Assembly: GCF_009914755.1 (NCBI RefSeq)
Contig: NC_060948.1
Reading direction: 5' to 3' (one strand)
Source: the human T2T-CHM13v2.0 reference genome, Homo sapiens
Length of the DNA stretch: 64,000 nucleotides
Shown here piece after piece: positions 1 to 20,205 of the stretch. Positions within the stretch are counted from its first letter, which is position 1. Each line of letters starts with the position of its first letter. A program made the position numbers and the translations under genes. Under the pieces are notes generated by a model. It was given only the letters and a program-made list of their open reading frames with translations, did not search any database and was not told the origin of the DNA.

Positions 1-550
1 CAATATAAGTAACATACATAATATTATAATATAGATTATATTATGTTATATTAAATATCATATATATCATGTATCATATTATCTATAATATATATTATAC
101 ATTATATAATATGTATGTTGTCTATTATGTGATATACATAACTATATATATAATTATATTATTATACATATAACTAGATAAACATGTAATTCTACATATT
201 TTCATTTATAATATATAGAATTATATAATCATATATAATTATTTATATTCTATAAAAAATTATATCGTTATATAAATTATAATATGTAAAAATTATAATA
301 CGTACTACAAATATATATATTATATATCATATATGATATGGTACCTTTGTTATATATCATAATACATATAAATGTGTATTATGTTATCTATAATTATATA
401 ATTTCATATATAAGATGTATAATATTTATTATATATTATATATGTTATGTAATATATATAGTATATATAAGATGACACAGGATAAATATTATATACTATG
501 ACATATAAAATATATGAGGTTATATGTTACATATAAGGCATAGCACATAA

Positions 551-865
<315 letters not shown>

Positions 866-1440
866 AGATCCATATTTTTTAAATGAAAAAAAATTTCAAA
901 GGTACTCTGCTTGGTACAATAATCAAGTGTATAAACTGAGGAATAAAACATAACCATGAAACCTACTTATAACTGCATATGGAAAATACAGAGGATAATT
1001 TTTTAAATAACATATTTTGAAAGCCTTAACTAGTAATTTGAAGAGTTGGCATTTGAAAGGCCAGTATGAATATACCTTCAAAGCAGCAACACAGGTTCCC
1101 CATGAGAAAAAGCAAACTCAGGGAAAATAAAACCACAAAGGTTCAATGTCTTCTGACCTTTGAAAGACACAGCACAGACAGTGGCCCTTAGGACGAAGAG
1201 CTGGAGACCCCTAATTCCGTCACCATGGCGATAGGGCATAAACATTGCTGGGTGAGGGCACAATCCACATTGTGAGGTCCAAGTGCTGCCAGGAAGACAG
1301 GAGTGCTTTTACATAGACCGAAAGGTCATTGAAGGCTCAGAGTTTTGTTTCAAGAACTGAATCCCAAGCCCACACGTTATTACGCTGCGCTTCTTAAAAC
1401 AAGTTATGAGATGGGAAAAAGGGCACCCACAAACATACGT
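866..1440. repeat. HSATI-type complex segment (representative; follows every Alu, last copy 63717-64000 truncated by the window)
   Basis: ~575 bp of non-simple, moderate-GC sequence between the Alu end (TGAGCCA) and the AT-rich tract (..AAACATACGT), nearly invariant across units. The HSATI name comes from the known DYZ2 structure, not from a database search. Confidence 0.8.
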
Positions 1441-3284
<1,844 letters not shown>

Positions 3285-5389
3285 AGATCCATATTTTTTA
3301 AATGAAAAAAAATTTCAAAGGTACTCTGCTTGGTACAATAATCAAATGTATAAACTGAGGAATAAAACATAACCATGAAACCTACTTATAACTGCATATG
3401 GAAAATACAGAGGATAATTTTTTAAATAACATATTTTGAAAGCCTTAACTAGTAATTTGAAGAGTTGGCATTTGAAAGGCCAGTATGAATATACCTTCAA
3501 AGCAGCAACACAGGTTCCCCATGAGAAAAAGCAAACTCAGGGAAAATAAAACCACAAAGGTTCAATCTCTTCTGACCTTTGAAAGACACAGCACAGACAG
3601 TGGTCCTTAGGACGAAGAGCAGGAGACCCCTAATTCCGTCACCATGGCGATAGGGCATAAACATTGCTGGGTGAGGGCACAATCCACATTGTGAGGTCCA
3701 ACTGCTGCCAGGAAGACAGGAGTGCTTTTACATAGACCGAAAGGTCATTGAAGGCTCAGAGTTTTGTTTCAAGAACTGAATCCCAAGCCCACACGTTATT
3801 AGGCTGCGCTTCTTAAAACAAGTTATGAGATGGGAAAAAGGGCACCCAAAAACATACGTATACATTATGTATATAATAATATACAGTATCATATATATAA
3901 TATATATAACCTATGTATAATATTGTTTTACATCCTGCATCTTATATTATATATATTGTATAAAATACAATAATTGATAATATATAAGTTTTATATTTAT
4001 ACAATATGATATATAGTATAAATTATAATTTATGACATATAATATATATGTTATATATCATATATAGAATATATTATACGGTTAATATACGTATTAAATA
4101 TAAATTATACATTATATATATTATATATAATATATCTGCTATATATAATACGCATTATGCATATTATATATATTATGTCTATGTTATATATAGTATAAAA
4201 CAACATATAATAATATATAATTGTATATATAAAATGCGACATATAATATATAATATATTTTATGACATATGTAATATATATTATATATTATATATAATAC
4301 GTTGTATGTATAATACCTATATTAAATATATATTATATGACTATGTTATTAATTACATGTCACATATGTTATATATTATATATTTTACATAGAATGTACC
4401 GGTTACATACAATATATACTATGTTACCTATAATGTATAATTTATTACATGTAAAATAAAGAATGCAATATATTATGTATAATTTATAATATACAATATG
4501 TGGAATGTGATATATATAACATATAATATATGATATATGATATACAGTATATGATATATAACATACAATATATGATACCTAACATATATGGTATACAATA
4601 TATATTTTATGATATGTATTCTCTATGTTTTATATTCTCTTATATATAACTATTTGAAATTATATATAACTGAGTAATATTTTATGTAAATATGTAATAT
4701 AATATATATAACTATATAATATATTATATATAACTATATATTATGTTATATATACTTTTATAACATAATTTACATAAAATATCATAATATAATATATATT
4801 ATATTATTTCATATTACATAATATATATTACATATCACCCAATATAAGTAACATACATAATATTATAATATAGATTATATTATGTTATATTAAATATCAT
4901 ATATATCATGTATCATATATTCTATAATATATATTATACATTATATAATATGTATGTTGTCTATTATGTGATATATATAACTATATATATAATTATATTA
5001 TTATACATATAACTAGATAAACATGTAATTCTACATATTTTCATTTATAATATATAGAATTATATAATCATATATAATTATTTATATTCTATAAAAAATT
5101 ATATCATTATATAAATTATAATATATAAAAATTATAATAAGTACTACAAATATATATATTATATATCATATATGATATAGTACCGTTGTTATATATCATA
5201 ATACATATAAATGTGTATTATGTTATCTATAATTATATAATTTCATATATAAGATGTATAATATTTATTATATATTATATATGTTATGTAATATATATAG
5301 TATATATAAGATGAGACAGGATAAATATTATATACTATGACATATAAAATATATGAGGTTATATGTTACATATAAGGCATAGCACATAA

Positions 5390-5704
<315 letters not shown>

Positions 5705-7804
5705 AGATCCATATTTTTTAAATGAAAAAAAATTTCAAAGGTACTCTGCTTGGTACAATAATCAAATGTATAAACTGAGGAATAAAACATAACCATGAAA
5801 CCTACTTATAACTGCATATGGAAAATACAGAGGATAATTTTTTAAATAACATATTTTGAAAGCCTTAACTAGTAATTTGAAGAGTTGGCATTTGAAAGGC
5901 CAGTATGAATATACCTTCAAAGCAGCAACACAGGTTCCCCATGAGAAAAAGCAAACTCAGGGAAAATAAAACCACAAAGGTTCAATCTCTTCTGACCTTT
6001 GAAAGACACAGCACAGACAGTGGTCCTTAGGACGAAGAGCAGGAGACCCCTAATTCCGTCACCATGGCGATAGGGCATAAACATTGCTGGGTGAGGGCAC
6101 AATCCACATTGTGAGGTCCAACTGCTGCCAGGAAGACAGGAGTGCTTTTACATAGACCGAAAGGTCATTGAAGGCTCAGAGTTTTGTTTCAAGAACTGAA
6201 TCCCAAGCCCACACGTTATTAGGCTGCGCTTCTTAAAACAAGCTATGAGATGGGAAAAAGGGCACCCACAAACATACGTATACATTATGTATACAATAAT
6301 ATACAGTATCATATATATAATATATATAACCTATGTATAATATTGTTTTACATCCTGCATCTTATACTATATATATTGTATAAAATATAATAATTGATAA
6401 TATATAAGTTTTATATTTATATTATATGACATATATTATATATTATAATTTATGATATATATATTATATGTTATATATCATATATAGAATATATTATACG
6501 GTTAATATACGTATTAAATATAAATTATATATTATATACATTATATATAATATATCTGTTATATATAATACCCATTATGCATAATATATATATTATGTCT
6601 ATGTTATATATAGTATAAAACAACATATAATAATATATAATTGTATATATAAAAGGTGACATATAATATATATTATATTTTATGACATATGTAATATATA
6701 TTATATATTATATATAATACGTTGTATGTATAATACCTATATTAAATATATATGATAGGACTATGTTATTAATTACATGTCACATGTGTTATATATTATA
6801 TGTTTTACATAGAATATAGTGGTTACATACAATATATACTATGTTACCTGTAATGTATAATTTATTACATGTAAAATAAAGAATGCAATATATTATGTAT
6901 AATTTATAATATACAATATGTGGAATGTGATATATATAACATACATGATATATGATATACAGTATATGATATATAACATACAATATATGATACCTAATAT
7001 ATATGGAATACAATATATATTTTATGATATGTATTCTATATGTTTTATATTCTGTTATATATAACTATTTGAAATTATATATAACTGTATAATATTTTAT
7101 GTAAATACGTAATATAATATATATAACTATATAATATATTATATATAACTATATATTATGTTATATATACTTTTATAACATAATTTACATAAAATATCAT
7201 AATATAATATATATTATATTATTTCATATTACATAATATATATTACATATCACCCAATATAAGTAACATACATAATATTATAATATAGATTATATTATGT
7301 TATATTAAATATCATATATATCATGTATCATATATTCTATAATATATATTATACATTATATAATATGTATGTTGTCTATTATGTGATATATATAACTATA
7401 TATATAATTAAATTATTATACATATAACTAGATAAACGTGTAATTCTACATATTTTCATTTATAATATATAGAATTATATAATCATATATAATTATTTAT
7501 ATTCTATAAAAAATTATATCATTATATAAATTATAATATATAAAAATTATAATATGTACTAAAAACAGATATATTATATATCATATATGATATAGTACCT
7601 TTGTTATATATCATAGTACATATAAATGTGTATTATGTTATCTATAATTATATAAATTCATATATAAGATGTATAATATGTATTATATATTATATATGTT
7701 ATGTAATATATATAGTATATATAAGATGACACAGGATAAATATTATATACTATGACATATAAAATATATGAGGTTATATGTTGCATATAAGGCATAGCAC
7801 ATAA

Positions 7805-8119
<315 letters not shown>

Positions 8120-10212
8120 AGATCCATATTTTTTAAATGAAAAAAAATTTCAAAGGTACTCTGCTTGGTACAATAATCAAATGTACAAACTGAGGAATAA
8201 AACATAACCATGAAAGCTACTTATAACTGCATATGGAAAATACAGAGGATAATTTTTTAAGTAACATATTTTGAAAGCCTTAACTAGTAATTTGAAGAGT
8301 TGGCATTTGAAAGGACAGTATGAATATACCTCCAAAGCAGCAACACAGGTTCCCCATGAGAAAAAGCAAACTCAGGGAAAATAAAACCACAAAGGTTCAA
8401 TCTCTTCTGACCTTTGAAAGACACAGCACAGACAGTGGTCCTTAGGACGAAGAGCAGGAGACCCCTAATTCCGTCACCATGGCGATAGGGCATAAACATT
8501 GCTGGGTGAGGGCACAATCCACATTGTGAGGTCCAACTGCTGCCAGGAAGACAGGAGTGCTTTTACATAGACCGAAAGGTCATTGAAGGCTCAGAGTTTT
8601 GTTTCAAGAACTGAATCCCAAGCCCACACGTTATTAGGCTGCGCTTCTTAAAACAAGTTATGAGATGGGAAAAAGGGCACCCACAAACATACGTATACAT
8701 TATGTATATAATAATATACAGTATCATATATATAATATATATAACCTATGTATAATATTGTTTTACATCCTGCATCTTATACTATATATATTGTATAAAA
8801 TATAATAATTGATAATATATAAGTTTTATATTTATAGAATATGACATATAGTATATATTATAATTTATGACATATATATTATAAGTTATATATCATATAT
8901 AGAATATATTATACGGTTAATATAAGTATTAAATATAAATTATATATTATATACATTATATGTAATATATCTGTTATATATAATACCCATTATGCATAAT
9001 ATATATATTATGTCTATGTTATATATAGTATAAAACAACATATAATAATATATAATTGTATATAAAAAATGTGACATATAATATATATTATATTTTATGA
9101 CATATGTAATATATATTATATATTATATATAATACGTTGTATGTATAATACCTATATTAAATATATATGATAGGACTATGTTATTAATTACATGTGACAT
9201 GTGTTATATATTATATATTTTACATAGAATATAGTGGTTACATACAATATATACTATGTTACCTGTAATGTATAATTTATTACATGTAAAATAAAGAATG
9301 CAATATATTATGTATAATTTATAATATACAATATGTGGAATGTGATATATATAACATACATGATATATGATATACAGTATATGATATATAACATACAATA
9401 TATGATACCTAATATATACGGAATACAATATATATTTTATGATATGTATTCTATATGTTTTATATTCTGTTATATATAACTATTTGAAATTATATATAAC
9501 TGTATAATATTTTATGTAAATATGTAATATAATATATATAACTATATAATATATTATATATAACTATATATTATGTTATATATACTTTTATAACATAATT
9601 TACATAAAATATCATAATATAATATATATTATATTATTTCATATTACATAATATATATTACATATCACCCAATATAAGTAACATACATAATATTATAATA
9701 TAGATTATATTATGTTATATTAAATATCATATATATCATGTATCATATATTCTATAATATATATTATACATTATATAATATGTATGTTGTCTATTATGTG
9801 ATATATATAACTATATATATAATTACATTATTATACATATAACTAGATAAACATGTAATTCTACATATTTTCATTTATAATATATAGAATTATATAATCA
9901 TATATAATTATTTATATTCTATAAAAAATTATATCATTATATAAATTATAATATATAAAAATTATAATATGTACTAAAAACAGATATATTATATATCATA
10001 TATGATATAGTACCTTTGTTATATATCATAGTACATATAAATGTGTATTATGTTATCTATAATTATATAAATTCATATATAAGATGTATAATATGTATTA
10101 TATATTATATATGTTATGTAATATATATAGTATATATAAGATGACACAGGATAAATATTATATACTATGACATATAAAATATATGAGGTTATATGTCGCA
10201 TATAAGGCATAG

Positions 10213-10533
<321 letters not shown>

Positions 10534-12656
10534 AGATCCATATTTTTTAAATGAAAAAAAATTTCAAAGGTACTCTGCTTGGTACAATAATCAAATGTAC
10601 AAACTGAGGAATAAAACATAACCATGAAAGCTACTTATAACTGCATATGGAAAATACAGAGGATAATTTTTTAAGTAACATATTTTGAAAGCCTTAACTA
10701 GTAATTTGAAGAGTTGGCATTTGAAAGGACAGTATGAATATACCTCCAAAGCAGCAACACAGGTTCCCCATGAGAAAAAGCAAACTCAGGGAAAATAAAA
10801 CCACAAAGGTTCAATCTCTTCTGACCTTTGAAAGACACAGCACAGACAGTGGTCCTTAGGACGAAGAGCAGGAGACCCCTAATTCCGTCACCATGGCGAT
10901 AGGGCATAAACATTGCTGGGTGAGGGCACAATCCACATTGTGAGGTCCAACTGCTGCCAGGAAGACAGGAGTGCTTTTACATAGACCGAAAGGTCATTGA
11001 AGGCTCAGAGTTTTGTTTCAAGAACTGAATCCCAAGCCCACACGTTATTAGGCTGCGCTTCTTAAAACAAGTTATGAGATGGGAAAAAGGGCACCCACAA
11101 ACATACGTATACATTATGTATATAATAATATACAGTATCATATATATAATATATATAACCTATGTATAATATTGTTTTACATCCTGCATCTTATGTTATA
11201 TATATTGTATAAAATATAATAATTGATAATATATAAGTTTTATAATTATACAATATGACATATAGTATATATTATAATTTATGACATATATAATATATGT
11301 TATATGTCATATATAGAATATATTTTAGGGTTAATATACGTATTAAATATAAATTATACATTATATATATTATATATATCTGTTATATATAATACCCATT
11401 ATGCATAATATATATATTATGTCTATGTTATATATAGTATAAAACAACATATAATAATATATAATTGTATATATAAAATGCGACATATAATATATATTAT
11501 ATTTTATAACATATGTAATATATATTATATATTATATATAATACGTTGTATGTATAATACCTATATTAAATATATATTATATGACTATGTTATTAATTAC
11601 ATGTCACATGTGTTATATATTATATATTTTACATAGAATATACCGGTTACATACAATATACACTATGTTACCTATAATGTATAATTTATTACATGTAAAA
11701 TAAAGAATGCAATATATTATGTATAATTTATAATATACAATATGTGGAATGTGATATATATAACATATAATATATGATATATGATATACAGTATATGATA
11801 TATAACATACAATATATGATTCCTAATATATATGGTATACAATATATATTTTATGATATGTATTCTATATGTTTTATATTCTGTTATATATAACTATTTG
11901 AAATTATATGTAACTGTATAATATTTTATGTAAATATGTAATATAATATATATAACTATATAATATATTATATATAACTATATATTATGTTATATATACT
12001 TTTATAACATAATTTACATAAAATATCATAACATAATATATATTATATTATTTCATATTACATAATATATATTACATATCACCCAATATAACTAACATAC
12101 ATAATATTATAATATAGATTATATTATGTTATATTAAATATCATATATATCATGTATCATATATTCTATAATATATATTACACATTATATAATATGTATG
12201 TTGTCTATTATGTGATATATATAACTCTATATATAATTATATTTTTATACATATAACTAGATAAACATGTAATTCTACATATTTTCATTTATAATATGTA
12301 GAATTATATAATCATATATAATTATTTATATTCTATAAAAAATTTTACCATTATATAAATTATAATATATAAAAATTATAATATGTACTACAAATATATA
12401 TATTATATATCATATATGATATAGTACCTTTGTTATATATCATAATACATATAAATGTGTATTATGTTATCTATAATTATATAATTTCATATATAAGATG
12501 TATAATATGTATCATATATTATATATGTTATGTAATATATATAGTATATATAAGATGACACAGGATAAATATTATATACTATGACATATAAAATATATGA
12601 GGTTATATGTTACATATAAGGCATAGCACATAACATGTAATATATATCATATATAA

Positions 12657-12948
12657 TTTTTTTTTAGACAGAATCTTGTCCTGTTGCACAGGGTGGGGTA
12701 CAATGGCGCCATCTTTGCTCACTGCAACTTCTGCCTCACGGGTCCAAGCGATGGTCCTCCCTCAGCCTCCCAGGTAGCTGGGACTACACCACACTGGGAC
12801 TACACCAGCTGCCACCATGCCTAGCTAATTTTTTGGATTTTTAGTAGTGACAGCGTTTCACTGTATTGGCCAGGATGGTCTTGATCTCTTCACCTTGTGA
12901 TCCCCTTGCCTTGGCCTCCAAATTTGCTGGGATTACAGGCCTGAGCCA
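12657..12948 (-). mobile_element. Alu fragment, copy 6 (family B)
   Basis: Same Alu motifs, with GAATCT/GGGGTAC/AACTTC alleles. Confidence 0.95.
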
Positions 12949-15075
12949 AGATCCATATTTTTTAAATGAAAAAAAATTTCAAAGGTACTCTGCTTGGTAC
13001 AATAATCAAATGTATAAACTGAGGAATAAAACATACCCATGAAACCTACTTATAACTGCATATGGAAAATACAGAGGATAATTTTTTAAATAACATATTT
13101 TGAAAGCCTTAACTAGTAATTTGAAGAGTTGGCATTTGAAAGGCCAGTATGAATATACCTTCAATGCAGCAACACAGGTTCCCCATGAGAAAAAACAAAC
13201 ACAGGGAAAATAAAAACACAAAGGTTCAATCTCTTCTGACCTTTGAAAGACACAGCACATACAGTGGTCCTTAGGACGAAGAGCAGGAGACCCCTAATTC
13301 CGTCACCATGGCGATAGGGCATAAACATTGCTGGGTGAGGGCACAATCCACATTGTGAGGTCCAACTGCTGCCAGGAAGACAGGAGTGCTTTTACATAGA
13401 CCGAAAGGTCATTGAAGGCTCAGAGTTTTGTTTCAAGAACTGAATCCCAAGCCCACACGTTATTAGGCTGCGCTTCTTAAAACAAGTTATGAGATGGGAA
13501 AAAGGGCACCCACAAACATACGTATACATTATGTATATAATAATATAGAGTGTCATATATATAATATATATAACCTATGTATAATATTGTTTTACATCCT
13601 GCATCTTATGTTATATATATTGTATAAAATATAATAATTGATAATATATAAGTTTTATAATTATACAATATGACATATAGTATATATTATAATTTATGAC
13701 ATATATAATATATGTTATATATCATATACAGAATATATTATACGGTTAATATACGTATTAAATATAAATTATACATTATATATATTATATATAATATATC
13801 TGTTATATATAATACCCGTTATGCATAATATATATATTATGTCTATGTTATATATAGTATAAAACAACATATAATAATATATAATTGTATATATAAATGC
13901 GACATATAATATATATTATATTTTATAACATATGTAATATATATTATATATTATATATAATACGTTGTATGTATAATACCTATATTAAATATATATTATA
14001 TGACTATGTTATTAATTACATGTCACATGTGTTATATATTATATATTTTACATAGAATATACCGGTTACATACAATATATACCATGTTACCTATAATGTA
14101 TAATTTATTACATGTAAAATAAAGAATGCAATATATTATGTATAATTTATAATATACAATATGTGGAATGTGATATATATAACATATAATATATGATATA
14201 TGATATACAGTATATGATATATAACATACAATATATGATTCCTAATATATATGGTATACAATATATATTTTATGATATGTATTCTATATGTTTTATATTC
14301 TGTTATATATAACTATTTGAAATTATATATAACTGTATAATATTTTATGTAAATATGTAATATAATATATATAACTATATAATATATTATATATAACTAT
14401 ATATTATGTTATATATACTTTTATAACATAATTTACATAAAATATCATAATATAATATATATTATATTATTTCATATTACATAATATATATTACATATCA
14501 CCCAATATAACTAACATACATAATATTATAATGCAGATTATATTATGTTATATTAAATATCATGTATATCATGTATCATATATTCTATAATATATATTAC
14601 ACATTATATAATATGTATGTTGTCTATTATGTGATATATATAACTCTATATATAATTATATTTTTATACATATAACTAGATAAACATGTAATTCTACATA
14701 TTTTCATTTATAATATGTAGAAGTATATAATCATATATAATTATTTATATTCTATAAAAAATTTTATCATTATATAAATTATAATATATAAAAATTATAA
14801 TATGTACTACAAATATATATATTATATATCATATATGATATAGTACCTTTGTTATATATCATAATACATATAAATGTGTATTATGTTATCTATAATTATA
14901 TAATTTCATATATAAGATGTATAATATGTATCATATATTATATATGTTATGTAATATATATAGTATATATAAGATGACACAGGATAAATATTATATACTA
15001 TGACATATAAAATATATGAGGTTATATGTTACATATAAGGCATAGCACATAACATGTAATATATATCATATATAA

Positions 15076-15367
15076 TTTTTTTTTAGACAGAATCTTGTCC
15101 TGTTGCACAGGGTGGGGTACAATGGCGCCATCTTTGCTCACTGCAACTTCTGCCTCACGGGTCCAAGCGATGGTCCTCCCTCAGCCTCCCAGGTAGCTGG
15201 GACTACACCACACTGGGACTACACCAGCTGCCACCATGCCTAGCTAATTTTTTGGATTTTTAGTAGTGACAGCGTTTCACTGTATTGGCCAGGATGGTCT
15301 TGATCTCTTCACCTTGTGATCCCCTTGCCTTGGCCTCCAAATTTGCTGGGATTACAGGCCTGAGCCA
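15076..15367 (-). mobile_element. Alu fragment, copy 7 (B)
   Basis: Same Alu motifs, B alleles. Confidence 0.95.
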
Positions 15368-17494
15368 AGATCCATATTTTTTAAATGAAAAAAAATTTCA
15401 AAGGTACTCTGCTTGGTACAATAATCAAATGTATAAACTGAGGAATAAAACATAACCATGAAACCTACTTATAACTGCATATGGAAAATACAGAGGATAA
15501 TTTTTTAAATAACATATTTTGAAAGCCTTAACTAGTAATTTGAAGAGTTGGCATTTGAAAGGCCAGTATGAATATACCTTCAAAGCAGCAACACAGGTTC
15601 CCCATGAGAAAAAGCAAACACAGGGAAAATAAAAACACAAAGGTTCAATCTCTTCTGACCTTTGAAAGACACAGCACAGACAGTGGTCCTTAGGACGAAG
15701 AGCAGGAGACCCCTAATTCCGTCACCATGGCGATAGGGCATAAACATTGCTGGGTGAGGGCACAATCCACATTGTGAGGTCCAACTGCTGCCAGGAAGAC
15801 AGGAGTGCTTTTACATAGACCGAAAGGTCATTGAAGGCTCAGAGTTTTGTTTCAAGAACTGAATCCCAAGCCCACACGTTATTAGGCTGCGCTTCTTAAA
15901 ACAAGTTATGAGATGGGAAAAAGGGCACCCACAAACATACGTATACATTATGTATATAATAATATAGAGTGTCATATATATAATATATATAACCTATGTA
16001 TAATATTGTTTTACATCCTGCATCTTATGTTATATATATTGTATAAAATATAATAATTGATAATATATAAGTTTTATAATTATACAATATGACATATAGT
16101 ATATATTATAATTTATGACATATATAATATATGTTATATATCATATACAGAATATATTATACGGTTAATATACGTATTAAATATAAATTATACATTATAT
16201 ATATTATATATAATATATCTGTTATATATAATACCCGTTATGCATAATATATATATTATGTCTATGTTATATATAGTATAAAACAACATATAATAATATA
16301 TAATTGTATATATAAATGCGACATATAATATATATTATATTTTATAACATATGTAATATATATTATATATTATATATAATACGTTGTATGTATAATACCT
16401 ATATTAAATATATATTATATGACTATGTTATTAATTACATGTCACATGTGTTATATATTATATATTTTACATAGAATATACCGGTTACATACAATATATA
16501 CCATGTTACCTATAATGTATAATTTATTACATGTAAAATAAAGAATGCAATATATTATGTATAATTTATAATATACAATATGTGGAATGTGATATATATA
16601 ACATATAATATATGATATATGATATACAGTATATGATATATAACATACAATATATGATTCCTAATATATATGGTATACAATATATATTTTATGATATGTA
16701 TTCTATATGTTTTATATTCTGTTATATATAACTATTTGAAATTATATATAACTGTATAATATTTTATGTAAATATGTAATATAATATATATAACTATATA
16801 ATATATTATATATAACTATATATTATGTTATATATACTTTTATAACATAATTTACATAAAATATCATAATATAATATATATTATATTATTTCATATTACA
16901 TAATATATATTACATATCACCCAATATAACTAACATACATAATATTATAATACAGGTTATATTATGTTATATTAAATATCATATATATCATGTATCATAT
17001 ATTCTATAATATATATTACACATTATATAATATGTATGTTGTCTATTATGTGATATATATAACTCTATATATAATTATATTTTTATACATATAACTAGAT
17101 AAACATGTAATTCTACATATTTTCATTTATAATATGTAGAAGTATATAATCATATATAATTATTTATATTCTATAAAAAATTTTATCATTATATAAATTA
17201 TAATATATAAAAATTATAATATGTACTACAAATATATATATTATATATCATATATGATATAGTACCTTTGTTATATATCATAATACATATAAATGTGTAT
17301 TATGTTATCTATAATTATATAATTTCATATATAAGATGTATAATATGTATCATATATTATATATGTTATGTAATATATATAGTATATATAAGATGACACA
17401 GGATAAATATTATATACTATGACATATAAAATATATGAGGTTATATGTTACATATAAGGCATAGCACATAACATGTAATATATATCATATATAA

Positions 17495-17786
17495 TTTTTT
17501 TTTAGACAGAATCTTGTCCTGTTGCACAGGGTGGGGTACAATGGCGCCATCTTTGCTCACTGCAACTTCTGCCTCACGGGTCCAAGCGATGGTCCTCCCT
17601 CAGCCTCCCAGGTAGCTGGGACTACACCACACTGGGACTACACCAGCTGCCACCATGCCTAGCTAATTTTTTGGATTTTTAGTAGTGACAGCGTTTCACT
17701 GTATTGGCCAGGATGGTCTTGATCTCTTCACCTTGTGATCCCCTTGCCTTGGCCTCCAAATTTGCTGGGATTACAGGCCTGAGCCA
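17495..17786 (-). mobile_element. Alu fragment, copy 8 (B)
   Basis: Same Alu motifs, B alleles. Confidence 0.95.
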
Positions 17787-19913
17787 AGATCCATATTTTT
17801 TAAATGAAAAAAAATTTCAAAGGTACTCTGCTTGGTACAATAATCAAATGTATAAACTGAGGAATAAAACATAACCATGAAACCTACTTATAACTGCATA
17901 TGGAAAATACAGAGGATAATTTTTTAAATAACATATTTTGAAAGCCTTAACTAGTAATTTGAAGAGTTGGCATTTGAAAGGCCAGTATGAATATACCTTC
18001 AAAGCAGCAACACAGGTTCCCCATGAGAAAAAGCAAACACAGGGAAAATAAAAACACAAAGGTTCAATCTCTTCTGACCTTTGAAAGACACAGCACAGAC
18101 AGTGGTCCTTAGGACGAAGAGCAGGAGACCCCTAATTCCGTCACCATGGCGATAGGGCATAAACATTGCTGGGTGAGGGCACAATCCACATTGTGAGGTC
18201 CAACTGCTGCCAGGAAGACAGGAGTGCTTTTACATAGACCGAAAGGTCATTGAAGGCTCAGAGTTTTGTTTCAAGAACTGAATCCCAAGCCCACACGTTA
18301 TTAGGCTGCGCTTCTTAAAACAAGTTATGAGATGGGAAAAAGGGCACCCACAAACATACGTATACATTATGTATATAATAATATAGAGTGTCATATATAT
18401 AATATATATAACCTATGTATAATATTGTTTTACATCCTGCATCTTATGTTATATATATTGTATAAAATATAATAATTGATAATATATAAGTTTTATAATT
18501 ATACAATATGACATATAGTATATATTATAATTTATGACATATATAATATATGTTATATATCATATACAGAATATATTATACGGTTAATATACGTATTAAA
18601 TATAAATTATACATTATATATATTATATATAATATATCTGTTATATATAATACCCGTTATGCATAATATATATATTATGTCTATGTTATATATAGTATAA
18701 AACAACATATAATAATATATAATTGTATATATAAATGCGACATATAATATATATTATATTTTATAACATATGTAATATATATTATATATTATATATAATA
18801 CGTTGTATGTATAATACCTATATTAAATATATATTATATGACTATGTTATTAATTACATGTCACATGTGTTATATATTATATATTTTACATAGAATATAC
18901 CGGTTACATACAATATATACCATGTTACCTATAATGTATAATTTATTACATGTAAAATAAAGAATGCAATATATTATGTATAATTTATAATATACAATAT
19001 GTGGAATGTGATATATATAACATATAATATATGATATATGATATACAGTATATGATATATAACATACAATATATGATTCCTAATATATATGGTATACAAT
19101 ATATATTTTATGATATGTATTCTATATGTTTTATATTCTGTTATATATAACTATTTGAAATTATATATAACTGTATAATATTTTATGTAAATATGTAATA
19201 TAATATATATAACTATATAATATATTATATATAACTATATATTATGTTATATATACTTTTATAACATAATTTACATAAAATATCATAGTATAATATATAT
19301 TATATTATTTCATATTACATAATATATATTACATATCACCCAATATAACTAACATACATAATATTATAATGCAGATTATATTATGTTATATTAAATATCA
19401 TGTATATCATGTATCATATATTCTATAATATATATTACACATTATATAATATGTATGTTGTCTATTATGTGATATATATAACTCTATATATAATTATATT
19501 TTTATACATATAACTAGATAAACATGTAATTCTACATATTTTCATTTATAATATGTAGAAGTATATAATCATATATAATTATTTATATTCTATAAAAAAT
19601 TTTATCATTATATAAATTATAATATATAAAAATTATAATATGTACTACAAATATATATATTATATATCATATATGATATAGTACCTTTGTTATATATCAT
19701 AATACATATAAATGTGTATTATGTTATCTATAATTATATAATTTCATATATAAGATGTATAATATGTATCATATATTATATATGTTATGTAATATATATA
19801 GTATATATAAGATGACACAGGATAAATATTATATACTATGACATATAAAATATATGAGGTTATATGTTACATATAAGGCATAGCACATAACATGTAATAT
19901 ATATCATATATAA

Positions 19914-20205
19914 TTTTTTTTTAGACAGAATCTTGTCCTGTTGCACAGGGTGGGGTACAATGGCGCCATCTTTGCTCACTGCAACTTCTGCCTCACGGGT
20001 CCAAGCGATGGTCCTCCCTCAGCCTCCCAGGTAGCTGGGACTACACCACACTGGGACTACACCAGCTGCCACCATGCCTAGCTAATTTTTTGGATTTTTA
20101 GTAGTGACAGAGTTTCACTGTATTGGCCAGGATGGTCTTGATCTCTTCACCTTGTGATCCCCTTGCCTTGGCCTCCAAATTTGCTGGGATTACAGGCCTG
20201 AGCCA
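19914..20205 (-). mobile_element. Alu fragment, copy 9 (B)
   Basis: Same Alu motifs, B alleles. Confidence 0.95.

Noticed and set aside
1078-1263. Recurrent 61-aa minus-strand ORF (MCPHPAMF...), including the 77-aa and 131-aa versions
   Set aside because: It starts at TTG, has no recognisable domain, and its length changes with single SNPs. It recurs only because the satellite unit is homogenised.
4048-4392. Ile/Tyr-rich ORFs in the AT tract (also 6789, 9204, 33019, 40442, 40616, 42720, 45458)
   Set aside because: These are translations of TA-rich low-complexity DNA and are sporadic among units.
15425-15640. 71/84-aa ORF (MCFYFPCV...) in B units
   Set aside because: It is opened only by the B-family ACACA allele removing a stop codon. 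It is a haplotype marker, not a gene.
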